64,000 nt of DNA from a bacterium (GTDB lineage: Bacteria > UBA8248): contig CBDBZU010000004.1 of assembly GCA_965213625.1 (NCBI GenBank), positions 640,001 to 704,000 on the forward strand, given 5' to 3'. A program made the translations under genes and the position numbers. The notes under the pieces are model-generated. The model was not told the DNA's origin, searched no databases, and was given only the letters and a program-made list of their open reading frames with translations. This document shows positions 31,192 through 39,871 of the stretch, piece by piece (position 1 is the stretch's first letter; each line of letters starts with the position of its first letter).

Positions 31192-32235
31192 ATGATTACC
31201 AAGGTATATATAAAATTCTCGACACTGATCGTCCTCTTTTTATTATCGCTGACGACGGGCTGTTCGCTCGGCGGTTCGGGAGGAGGTTCCGGCGAAGTAA
31301 CCGCTCCGCCTCCAATCCCGGCGCCGACACTCATGCCCGTGCCCCAACCGTTTCGTACACCGACGAGCTTCGTCGACAACGTCCTCAGTGTCGACGTGCG
31401 CTACCACGACGGCCGTACCCGCACCCTCGATACCGTCAGGCATCAGCAAGCCTCGTGGGGGCTTTACCTGCCCCGACCCTTGCAACCCGGCCATACCAGC
31501 CGAGAATGGCTGCTCACGGAAAACCACTACGACGGCAGGATTCTGCTCTACACCGTCGTCGATTGGGATGACGACAACCCTGCCGACTACCTCGCGGCCG
31601 GATGGTGGCTCGTCTATCCGTCCGGCGCACCCCATTTAGCCGTCGAATACGCCACACGCGGCGTCTTTGTCGATGGCCCGGAACTCGACCCCGCCAGACC
31701 GCCGGACCTCCCCCTGACCGGCACGGCCACCTACATCGGCGGCACCGGCGGCCTGTACACGTACAACTACGGCCGCGACTGGGGCGAGGAGTTGGCCGGT
31801 TCTTCCGAGAGAACTGAATTCGCAGGGGTTATCTCGTTTACCGCCGACTTCGCCGGCAAGCGCATCACCGGTTGCCTGGGTTGCCTCAGGCCGATCGAGA
31901 CCTCACCCGGCCGCCACCTCTATCCGCTCTTGTCCTGGCGGAGTCCCGATCCCGCGGCGTCGCCGGCCGATTACGAAATGCGCTTTTCCGCATCCTTTGA
32001 CGCCAAGGGCGCATTCGAGGACACCGCGATCACCGTCACGCATCCCGAACGCAATATCACGCAAGCCGCCGGGACCTGGCGCGGCCAGTTCTCGAACGTG
32101 CCGGATGTCGACGGCAACCCCCGCCGCGTGGTCGGCTCGACCGATGTCCACTTCGCCGAAGAAGACGGCTCGAGCGGAAACTTTACGGGCATCTTCGATG
32201 CGCTTACGCCCGTTACGCTCGAACCCAAAAACTGA
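31192..32235 (+). CDS. TbpB-like surface lipoprotein, copy 2 (paralog)
   Basis: Lipobox TTGC plus GGSGGGSG and Pro-rich linker; shares DYLAAGWWL, G.ELD, TG.ATY.G..GGLY.Y.YG, GC.GC and W.G.FSN.PD.DGNPR with copy 1. Confidence 0.7.
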   Translation: MITKVYIKFSTLIVLFLLSLTTGCSLGGSGGGSGEVTAPPPIPAPTLMPVPQPFRTPTSFVDNVLSVDVRYHDGRTRTLDTVRHQQASWGLYLPRPLQPGHTSREWLLTENHYDGRILLYTVVDWDDDNPADYLAAGWWLVYPSGAPHLAVEYATRGVFVDGPELDPARPPDLPLTGTATYIGGTGGLYTYNYGRDWGEELAGSSERTEFAGVISFTADFAGKRITGCLGCLRPIETSPGRHLYPLLSWRSPDPAASPADYEMRFSASFDAKGAFEDTAITVTHPERNITQAAGTWRGQFSNVPDVDGNPRRVVGSTDVHFAEEDGSSGNFTGIFDALTPVTLEPKN

Positions 32236-32278
32236 AATACGCCCTGAACGATACATTCAGAGCTTCGGGGAACAACCA

Positions 32279-32456
32279 GGGGCGCTGTAGAAAATCCCGA
32301 TTCCTTGATTCGTCTTATGTAACCGACCCTCAAGGGGTCAATACCACCCGCCTTGGGGTTTTAAAAAACCCTTCCTTGCTCGGTTTTCTCTACTGCCGTC
32401 ATTCCGGTGAACACTCTAGATAAGAGAGGTCAGGCGAGACTTTTTCAAAAAACCCC
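32279..32456. mobile_element. Short non-coding IS-like (MITE) insertion
   Basis: Imperfect terminal inverted repeats GGGGCGCTGTAGAAAA ... TTTTCAAAAAACCCC interrupt a flank that is uninterrupted in the duplicate at 30996-31095. Confidence 0.5.
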
Positions 32457-32527
32457 TAAAGCGAGGTCCGGCGCGCTCCCGATGCCGGTATGAGAGGGTA
32501 TGACGCGCGGCCAATAATTCCCGTTCA

Positions 32528-33532
32528 TCAGCCTTCTGGTGGTTCGTGGATGAGATAGCGTTTCTGAGCCTCGCTAAGCGCGTCTATCGCCACTTCGACG
32601 ATCCGCTTAATCAATACGCCCGCGCCCGGGCGGTCGGATATCAGGTCCAGCCCCTCGCCTGCGAACGTGACCCCCATCTCCATATCCCCACTGCGCAGGG
32701 CCTCGAAGAAGCGTTCGCGCATCGAGGAGCTCTGCTCTCGCAGTTCGTCGTCACGGCCATCCCAGGTATCTGAAAAAGCGTTGCGGATGGCGCGACCCGT
32801 GTAAGGCTCCGGCCAGACGATGCCCCGGGCTGTGTCGAAAACTTTGGTTCTCAGCGTGTGGTCTCCGCCGGTTCGCTCGATCAAAGACTTTTGGTTCGGA
32901 TGCCCCGACGCTTCCTGCGTGGCAAAGAAACGGGTGCCGATCATCACGGCCTCGGCGCCCAGCATCAGAGCGGCAGCCAGGCCGCGCCCATCACTGATGC
33001 CGCCCGCTGCCGCGACCGGAATCGGCGACACCGCATCGACGACCGCCGGAACGAGCGGCAGCGTGGCCCGCTCGGCCCCGTGGCCCCCGGCCTCCGTCCC
33101 TTGGGCGACGATAACTTGGGCGCCCTGCTTCACCGCCTCCTTGGCGTCTTTCAGGGTCTGGACCTGGCAGATCAGCGTCGCGCCGGCCTCCCGGATTTTC
33201 GCGGCGTAAGGCGCGATGTCGCCGAAAGAGAGCATGACGGCCTTAGGCTTACATTCAAGTGCTGCGTCGAGCGCGCCGGGTCGCTCAGCCAGCGCCCAGG
33301 TGATGAAGCCGATGCCGACTGCGCCCTCTTCCGCCTTGTCGAACTCCCCACGAATCCACGCGTCCGAGCCGTAGCCGAAAGCAGGGTCGGCGTAGCCTGC
33401 GCCTATCAGGCCCAACCCGCCGCCGGCCGAAACCGCGCCTGCGAGCACTCCACCCGCGACGCCGCCCATCGGGGCGAGCAATACCGGATGTTCGATGTTC
33501 AGCAGACGTGTGATCGCGGTCGAGAGCATCAT
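32528..33532 (-). CDS. Nitronate monooxygenase / FabK-like flavin oxidoreductase
   Basis: PVLLAPMGG, GGGLG, VAQGTEAGGHG, AAGGI.DGRGLAAAL.LGA, GTRF motifs. Confidence 0.9.
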   Translation of the reverse strand: MMLSTAITRLLNIEHPVLLAPMGGVAGGVLAGAVSAGGGLGLIGAGYADPAFGYGSDAWIRGEFDKAEEGAVGIGFITWALAERPGALDAALECKPKAVMLSFGDIAPYAAKIREAGATLICQVQTLKDAKEAVKQGAQVIVAQGTEAGGHGAERATLPLVPAVVDAVSPIPVAAAGGISDGRGLAAALMLGAEAVMIGTRFFATQEASGHPNQKSLIERTGGDHTLRTKVFDTARGIVWPEPYTGRAIRNAFSDTWDGRDDELREQSSSMRERFFEALRSGDMEMGVTFAGEGLDLISDRPGAGVLIKRIVEVAIDALSEAQKRYLIHEPPEG

Positions 33533-34101
33533 GCGCTGCAACATATCGGCTTTGCCGAGCATTGTAAAACCGAATGGACGAGTCGGGTAAACCACGATAT
33601 CCCGAGGCGTGCTTCAGCGCGAAGTTGAGCTACCGACTCGATGCGCCCTACGGCGGAGTGTCAGCGCACTGTACGAGTCTCCTGGTCACCGGTGCAGTCA
33701 GGTTTCCCATCGCCTGAGTGGCAAATGGGTCGTCGGTCCCTTTGCCCAGAGCTTCGAGGCCATCCTAAAGAAGCCCACCGACCGGGAGGGGTGGGTTACG
33801 AATTCTCGAAGAAAGCTTCCTCGCAGTGGTAGGTGAACAACGACGCCGGTTCATTCACGCATGCCGATCGTTTACGTTTACTGATCGGACGCAAGACGTG
33901 TGTGGACACGTTTGAACAGAGCATGTAGGACCGGCACATCTCGTTCATATCATATCAACTGTGCCCGGATGCGTAGAAGCCTAAATGAATCCGTTTTCGC
34001 TTTGATTATTGTCTGCTTTTAATTCAGGTTCCCACCGGGCTTGCCCATGCGAATGAGGCTACTTGAAATTTGGGCGGTCACAAACCTTGCCCATATGAGA
34101 C

Positions 34102-34193
34102 TGGCGGAGAGGGAGGGATTCGAACCCCCGGTGCAGTTGCCTGCACAACAGATTTCGAGTCTGCCGCCTTAAACCGGACTCGGCCACCTCTCC
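34102..34193 (-). tRNA. tRNA-Ser (CGA)
   Basis: GGAGAGGTGGCCGAG...GCAGA CTCGAAA TCTGT, long variable arm, GGTTCGAATCC T-loop, encoded CCA. Confidence 0.97.
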
Positions 34194-34212
34194 GAAAAAG
34201 TATCATTTTATT

Positions 34213-34704
34213 TCAGCGCGCGGCCTGCCTCGCCTCTCGGGCGATGCGGCGGCGCTCCTCGAAAAAGGCGCGCAACATCACAGCGCTCTCCTCGGCCAAT
34301 ATGCCCGAGGTTATCGGCACGCGGTGGTTCACGCGCGGGTCCGAGGGAATGTCGAACAAAGAACCGCAGGCGCCTCCCTTGGGGTCCTTGGCGCCAAAGA
34401 CGAGCCGCGCGATCCGTGAGTTGACGATAGCCCCCGCGCACATCGGGCACGGCTCGAGCGTTACGTACAAGGTCGCGCCGTCGAGCCGCCAGATGCCGTC
34501 GGTCTCGGCCGCTTCCCTGAGCGCCAGCACTTCGGCGTGCGCTGTGGGGTCGCAGGCGGCCTCCCGCCTGTTGAAGCCCCGGCCCAGCACCCGGCCATCG
34601 CGCACCACCAGGGCCCCCACGGGCACGTCGCCCGCCTCTTCGGCCATGCCGGCCAGCGCGAGCGCCTCTTCCATCCAGCGCTCATCTTCGTTTATCTGTT
34701 CCAC
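34213..34704 (-). CDS. tadA: tRNA adenosine(34) deaminase
   Basis: VPVGA, DPTAHAE, LYVTLEPCPMCAGA, DPKGGA, FF..RR motifs. Confidence 0.95.
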   Translation of the reverse strand: MEQINEDERWMEEALALAGMAEEAGDVPVGALVVRDGRVLGRGFNRREAACDPTAHAEVLALREAAETDGIWRLDGATLYVTLEPCPMCAGAIVNSRIARLVFGAKDPKGGACGSLFDIPSDPRVNHRVPITSGILAEESAVMLRAFFEERRRIAREARQAAR

Positions 34705-34933
34705 CGAATACACTCCTATTCCCTCATCGGGTTCTTCAAGGCCCCTAAAAGACCACGAATCGAAACCGCTGGCAAGCGGGCAAGCGCTTTTCGCGCATGT
34801 GAGCTGTCGATACGCACAGATAGTGAGCGGCGCGCGCTCCCGCCGACGGGGAAGCGCGGCTCTTGCCGGATTCGAAAAAACCTGAGAGTCTTGGGGCCTT
34901 ACCCATCACTCATCATTTATGAAGGATGTCCCT

Positions 34934-35689
34934 ATGCTTTGGGAAGAACTCAGTTGGCCGCAGCACAAGGAAATGGCCCAAAACGGGGCCGTGGTCGTCA
35001 TCCCCTTCGCCTCCATGGAACAGCACGGGCCACACAACCCCGTCGTGGTGGATACCCTGCTTTGTGAGAGCGTCTGCAAAAAGGCGGTGGATGGCCTCGA
35101 TAACGTGCTGCTGACCCGCACCATATGGACGGGCACGTCTCACCACCATTTCGAGTATCCGGGAACCATCTCGCTCAGGCTCGAAACCTACGTCGCCCTC
35201 ATCAAGGACATTATCCGCTCCGTCGCCCATCACGGCTACAAGAAGATATTCGTGGTGAACGGCCACGGCGGCAACGTGCAGCCCCTGCAAGCCACGCTGA
35301 ACGACATCGGCTACGACATCGAACTCACCATCTGGATGATCACCTATTTCCATCTGGGAAACGAAATCGCAGGCGAAATCAGAAAATCGCCCGTCGGCGG
35401 CATGGCCCACAGTGGGGAGTTCGAAACCGCCATGATGCTCCACCTGCGTCCCGATCTGGTGAATATGGACGAGGCGGTGGATCAAATCAACGCGAACCCC
35501 CATCCCCTGGGGACCAAGGACATGCACCACCGCGGAATGCTATTCCGCCCGGTGGACTTCAATAGAAACCGTGCGCCCTCGGGCGTAGCGGGCATGCCCA
35601 CGACGGCCACGGCGGAAAACGGGGCGCAATACTTCGAAGCCGTATCCTCGCGTCTGCGCGGGTTGATTGAAGAACTGGCTGCGCTCTAG
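34934..35689 (+). CDS. Creatininase / creatinine amidohydrolase family protein
   Basis: EQHGPH....D, S.HH..YPGTISL, VNGHGGN, HSGEFET motifs. Confidence 0.9.
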   Translation: MLWEELSWPQHKEMAQNGAVVVIPFASMEQHGPHNPVVVDTLLCESVCKKAVDGLDNVLLTRTIWTGTSHHHFEYPGTISLRLETYVALIKDIIRSVAHHGYKKIFVVNGHGGNVQPLQATLNDIGYDIELTIWMITYFHLGNEIAGEIRKSPVGGMAHSGEFETAMMLHLRPDLVNMDEAVDQINANPHPLGTKDMHHRGMLFRPVDFNRNRAPSGVAGMPTTATAENGAQYFEAVSSRLRGLIEELAAL

Positions 35690-35691
35690 GT

Positions 35692-36573
35692 ATGGTCCGC
35701 GTCGCAGGCGAGTCCTCCCGCAAGGCAAGGTATCTGAACTTAAGCCGCGCGGGTACGGACGATCCCGTCATCATCTGCTATGAGGCCGCCGGAGACGGCA
35801 CGCCGGTCCTCTGCGTTCCAGGCCTGGGCGATACAACCTGGGTGTGGCGCAAGATCGTCCCCACGCTGACGAGCATGCACCGCGTCATCGTCATGGAACA
35901 GAGGGGGCATGGACGCTCATCGTGCCCTCCGGGGAAATACACGCTCGCCGATATGGCGGGCGACATCGGGGCCGTCGCCGCGCGTCTGGGCTTGAACCGG
36001 CCCGTCATCATCGGTCACGGCTTGGGTGCGAGGGCGGCGCTCATGCTCGCGATTGAACAGCCCGGCCTGCCGGGCGCGCTCATCCTCATCGCGACAGGCG
36101 CGGCGCCCGCCGCCAAGAGTGTGCGCAGAGGCGTCGCCGAGCGCATCCACCTGGCCGAGGCGGGCGAGATGCAGGAAGCCTACAGGAACAAAAAGAGCGA
36201 AAGCCGAGAACCCAGAGGCATGACACCCAAGGAGCGCGCAGAGCATCATCGCCTGTTCCTGCGCAACGATCCTTCGGGATACGCATCGGCGGGTTACGCG
36301 GAACTCCTCGCACCCGATTTAACGGAGCGCCTGAATGAGGTCGCCTGTCCGGCGCTCGTAATCACGGGTGAGGAAGACCCCGAATACCACGCGGACGTCC
36401 ATACTCTCTCGGCGGGGATTCCCCGTTGCGAGTCCTTTCTCATCGAGGGGGCGGGTCGCAACGCGCAACTGGACAGGCCGGAGGCCGTGCTTGCGCTCAT
36501 CCACGATTTTTTCAGGAAGCACCATCTTTCAGTCGCCAAATCGACGGAGGAACCCCATGAGCCGATTGATTGA
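35692..36573 (+). CDS. Alpha/beta hydrolase (PcaD-like)
   Basis: RGHGRS, CPALVITGEED; nucleophile elbow reads GHGLG rather than GHSxG. Confidence 0.8.
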   Translation: MVRVAGESSRKARYLNLSRAGTDDPVIICYEAAGDGTPVLCVPGLGDTTWVWRKIVPTLTSMHRVIVMEQRGHGRSSCPPGKYTLADMAGDIGAVAARLGLNRPVIIGHGLGARAALMLAIEQPGLPGALILIATGAAPAAKSVRRGVAERIHLAEAGEMQEAYRNKKSESREPRGMTPKERAEHHRLFLRNDPSGYASAGYAELLAPDLTERLNEVACPALVITGEEDPEYHADVHTLSAGIPRCESFLIEGAGRNAQLDRPEAVLALIHDFFRKHHLSVAKSTEEPHEPID

Positions 36574-37237
36574 TCTCACCGCCCCCCTGGGACACCCCGA
36601 CCTTTGCGAGGTGCCGACGTTTCCCCCGGTGGAATACTGGCAGTTTCACGAACATCCAACCCACGGCCGGCAGAACAGCGCGGTCAGAATGGCCATCCAC
36701 CAGGGAACGCACCTGGACGCGCCCAACCATTTCTATCCCGACGGCGTCACCATCGACGAGATGCCGCTCGATACCTTCTGCGGGCGCGCCGTGAAGATCG
36801 ACTTGAGGGGAAGCGCTCGCGAGGCGAGCCCCATCACTCAGGCTATGATCGAATCGAGCCCCGGCTTCAAGGCGGAACGCCTCGACGGGGCCATCGCCGT
36901 CACATGGACGGGCTGGTCGAAGGAGAAGATTTTTACGCCCGATTACTTCGGGCCCAACCCCTACCTGGACAAGGAGGCGTGCCGCTTCCTGTGCGATTGC
37001 GGCATGAAGGCCCTTTGCATGGACCACGCCATCGACCCCGGCATGCAGCCGGACTCCGTGGTGCACCACGAGGATTCCCCCGGCCACCGCGCCGTGCTGG
37101 GGCGGGGCGTTCCGCTCATCGAGCACGTCATCAACCTGGAAACTTTCGAGGAAACCGAATTCGAGATGTTCGCATTTCCGATGAAACTCTACAAAATCGA
37201 GGGCGCACCCGCTCGCGTGGTCGCGCGGCTCGACTGA
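36557..37237 (+). CDS. Cyclase family protein (kynurenine formamidase-like)
   Basis: IDLT, HQGTHLDAPNH, H.AVL..G..LIEH, FPMK...IEGAPAR motifs. Confidence 0.9.
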   Translation: MSRLIDLTAPLGHPDLCEVPTFPPVEYWQFHEHPTHGRQNSAVRMAIHQGTHLDAPNHFYPDGVTIDEMPLDTFCGRAVKIDLRGSAREASPITQAMIESSPGFKAERLDGAIAVTWTGWSKEKIFTPDYFGPNPYLDKEACRFLCDCGMKALCMDHAIDPGMQPDSVVHHEDSPGHRAVLGRGVPLIEHVINLETFEETEFEMFAFPMKLYKIEGAPARVVARLD

Positions 37238-37254
37238 AAGGGAGGAACCTAGAC

Positions 37255-37647
37255 TTGCCGTTTTACAGAATATCCGAGATGGAAACGAAGCACATCGACA
37301 TGGGCAAGGCCCAGACGCAGAGCGTCGCCGGAGAACTCATGAAGGCCGGCATGATCACCTATCCCGCAGACGGCGGCCCGCCGCCTCATTACCACCCGAA
37401 CGAGGAGCAGTTTCTCCTGGTGATGGCGGGCGAGGCGAACGTGATCCTGGGAGAGGAGACCCGCGTCGTCGTCCCTGGCGATCTGGTGCACATCCGCCGC
37501 AACGAGCGTCACGGTCTTCGCATCACCGAGGGGCCTTTTTCTTTCTTCACCGTGAAGAGCCCCGCAGGCGACGGCGACCTCTACCAGGACTACAACAAGG
37601 CCGAAGACGCCGATAAGGCGCGAGAGAAACTGGAATCCACTTTATAG
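37255..37647 (+). CDS. Cupin domain protein, copy 1
   Basis: TTG start after GGAGG; PPHYHPNEEQ and GDLVHI.RN..HG motifs. Confidence 0.85.
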   Translation: MPFYRISEMETKHIDMGKAQTQSVAGELMKAGMITYPADGGPPPHYHPNEEQFLLVMAGEANVILGEETRVVVPGDLVHIRRNERHGLRITEGPFSFFTVKSPAGDGDLYQDYNKAEDADKAREKLESTL

Positions 37648-37676
37648 GTTAACTTCTAAGACCAAGGAGAGATTGA

Positions 37677-38063
37677 ATGCCGTTTTATAGAATGGAAGAC
37701 CTTCCCCAGGGGTCCTCAAAAGTAGGCCCCGCCACCAGCCACGCGACCGCGGGCGAGTTGATGAAGGTGGGCTGGGTGATTTATCCCCAGGGCGACGGCC
37801 CGCCGCCTCACTTTCATCCCAACGAGGAACAGTACATCCTGATGCTCGAAGGGAAGATGAACATGATCTGCGGTGAGGAGGTGCGCGAAATCGGCGCAGG
37901 CGATCTGGTCCACATTCCGCGAAACACGCGCCACGGCATCCACATCACCGAAGGTCCGGCGAAATTCTTCGCGGTGAAAAGCCCGGCGGGCGACGGCACG
38001 CTGGATCAGGACTACAACAAGGCGTCCGATGCGGACGAGGTATACGAGCGTCTCAAGAACTAA
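37677..38063 (+). CDS. Cupin domain protein, copy 2 (tandem paralog)
   Basis: PPHFHPNEEQ, GDLVHIPRNTRHG, VKSPAGDG.L.QDYNKA shared with copy 1. Confidence 0.88.
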   Translation: MPFYRMEDLPQGSSKVGPATSHATAGELMKVGWVIYPQGDGPPPHFHPNEEQYILMLEGKMNMICGEEVREIGAGDLVHIPRNTRHGIHITEGPAKFFAVKSPAGDGTLDQDYNKASDADEVYERLKN

Positions 38064-38077
38064 CAAGCTGAACCACA

Positions 38078-38113
38078 AATGCCGGTGGGCCACCCCACCG
38101 GCATTTTGTTTTT
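38078..38113. terminator. Bidirectional terminator
   Basis: AAATGCCGGTGGG-loop-CCCACCGGCATTTTGTTTTT between convergent genes. Confidence 0.75.
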
Positions 38114-38638
38114 CTACTGTTGCGCTTGCGCCGCCATCCGCTTTTTTCTGAATTGCACGGCCTGGATGACGTCCTGCCAGACGAGACGCCCCAGGGGTCC
38201 CGAGCTGTAGAGCGAGATGTTTACCTTGCCGTCTGGTGAGAGCAAAAAGTTGGTGGCGTGAAGAAACGGCCTCGGCTTCTCGCCCGCCTCGGGTGAATAG
38301 AATGCACCCGTCACCTCGGATACATAAGCGGGGTCCACGCTGTGCCCGACCGGAAAGTTCACCTTGCTCGCCTCGATAGACTGCAGTGCTTCCTCTTCAG
38401 GGTCGGTGGACGCCGCCACGACCTTGATGCCCTCGGCTTCCAATCTTTCTCCCGCCCGGGAGAATCCCGCCATCTGGGCGAGTCAGTAGGGTCACCAATG
38501 GCTGCGGTAGAACAGGACGACGCCCCATGAGCCCAGCAGGTCATCGGGCAGGGAGATTTTTCCGCCGCCCACCTTGGCGATTTCGATACTCGGGAAATCA
38601 TCCCCGGTGTCGAGGAAGAACCGGTTCACTTTCGGCAT
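38114..38638 (-). CDS. AhpC/TSA (peroxiredoxin-like) selenoprotein with UxxU motif
   Basis: Continuous 174-aa frame reading ...GVVLFYRSHW-TGA-P-Y-TGA-LAQMAGF...VVAASTD; TGAs at 38492-38494 (codon 49) and 38483-38485 (codon 52) occupy both Cys positions of the FYRxxWCPYC motif; SECIS-like hairpins follow. Confidence 0.85.
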
Positions 38639-38741
38639 GATGCGCTCCAATCTGGTTCACGAATATGAATGCGACCATATCAAACGCCTGCGATGTTACA
38701 TCTCCTGCGCGGCCATGAAAACCGGCCTCCGGTTTTCGCGC

Positions 38742-38780
38742 AAAAAAACACCCCCTCGAAGTAAAGACCCGAGGGGGGTG
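38742..38780 (-). terminator. Terminator after upstream Prx-like gene
   Basis: Minus strand CACCCCCCTCG-loop-CGAGGGGGTG followed by a T-run. Confidence 0.65.
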
Positions 38781-38797
38781 CTCGAAAAAGATACGCT

Positions 38798-39295
38798 CTA
38801 GTTTTGTGCCATCATCTTCTTTTGGAACTGAACCAATCCCACTACATCCTGCCACACGAGCCGACCGATGGGGCCCGTGCTGTAGACGGCCACGGCGACC
38901 GTTCCATCGGGCTTTAAGACATAGCCCGTGCTGTGTATGATCTGGCGTTTTTCCTCATAGAAACAACCGGTGAGTTCGGATATCTGCTTGTTGTCCAGGC
39001 CATAGCCAACGGGGAAATTGATTCCGCATTCCTCAATCGTTCCCTTGGCGTTCTCCTCCGTGTCCACGGAAGCTGCAACAACCTTGACGCCCTCTTCTTT
39101 GAGCTTCGCCGCTCTGTCAAAGGCCGTAAGCTGCTGCTTGCAATACGGTCACCAGTGTCCGCGGTAGAGCAGAACCACTCCCCAATCGCCCGAGAGATCG
39201 CCGGGAAGAGAGATTTTGCCTCCCCCCACCTGGCCTACCTCGAGGCTCGGGAAGGGATCGCCCGAGTCGACCATCTTGTCCGTCATACGTGGCAT
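38798..39295 (-). CDS. AhpC/TSA (peroxiredoxin-like) selenoprotein with UxxC motif
   Basis: CAGGAGG RBS; continuous 165-aa frame ...GVVLLYRGHW-TGA-PYC-KQQL...; TGA at 39149-39151 (codon 49); hairpin CCGT..AAGC-AGCA-GCTT-ACGG immediately downstream; paralogous over full length to 38114-38638. Confidence 0.88.
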
Positions 39296-39528
39296 CAATG
39301 CGCCCTCCTGAAATGAATAAAACTTAAACAAGCCTGAATGAATAAGGCTCGAACACGACCACTTATACTCGTGCGATGGGGACATTTCAAACAGAACTGG
39401 GCCTTTCCCGAACCATCGCGCCGATGAAGCTTGCGTTTTCGTCTCGCAAGGTCTTGACACCGAGAGGCTTGGTTTCTAGCATAGGCCTACTTTTTCTGAA
39501 GGCTCGCACTGAGCGCAGGAGACCCTTG

Positions 39529-39807
39529 ATGAGCAACGTAATTTCTTGTGATTGCAAAACCATAAAATTGCAGGGCGAATACGAAAAGGCGGCCGACGCC
39601 TGCAACCGTGAGATTCATCTATCAGATGAGGACGCGGAGCGTTATCTTCCACGCGATGAATCCCAGGAAAATCTGGTCATCTCGAAAGAATGCCAGATTC
39701 CCCCTCTCACCAGTGTCATCCGCTACGGCGAGGGATATTACGTTCTCAAGAAAGGCCGGGTCATGCGGGAGGGCTTCAATAGAACGCTTCCCGAGTACAA
39801 GCAGTAA
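39529..39807 (+). CDS. Small hypothetical protein (92 aa)
   Basis: AGGAGA RBS, natural amino-acid composition, four Cys; no family recognised. Confidence 0.65.
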   Translation: MSNVISCDCKTIKLQGEYEKAADACNREIHLSDEDAERYLPRDESQENLVISKECQIPPLTSVIRYGEGYYVLKKGRVMREGFNRTLPEYKQ

Positions 39808-39871
39808 ATCCCCAGGCGGGTTTCGCCGCCTTCCAAAAACGAACCAACACTCGACCCCAAGGAGATGAACC

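Noticed and set aside
33600-34070. Short ORFs between the nitronate monooxygenase gene and tRNA-Ser
   Set aside because: No RBS or recognisable motif; likely decayed sequence. No integrase or duplicated tRNA 3' end was found to prove an island
38114-39460. Split ORFs 38114-38473, 38359-38601, 38798-39067 and 39149-39460 as separate small genes or pseudogenes
   Set aside because: All interruptions are in-frame TGA codons exactly at catalytic Cys positions, with no frameshift and full-length paralogy, so selenocysteine read-through fits better
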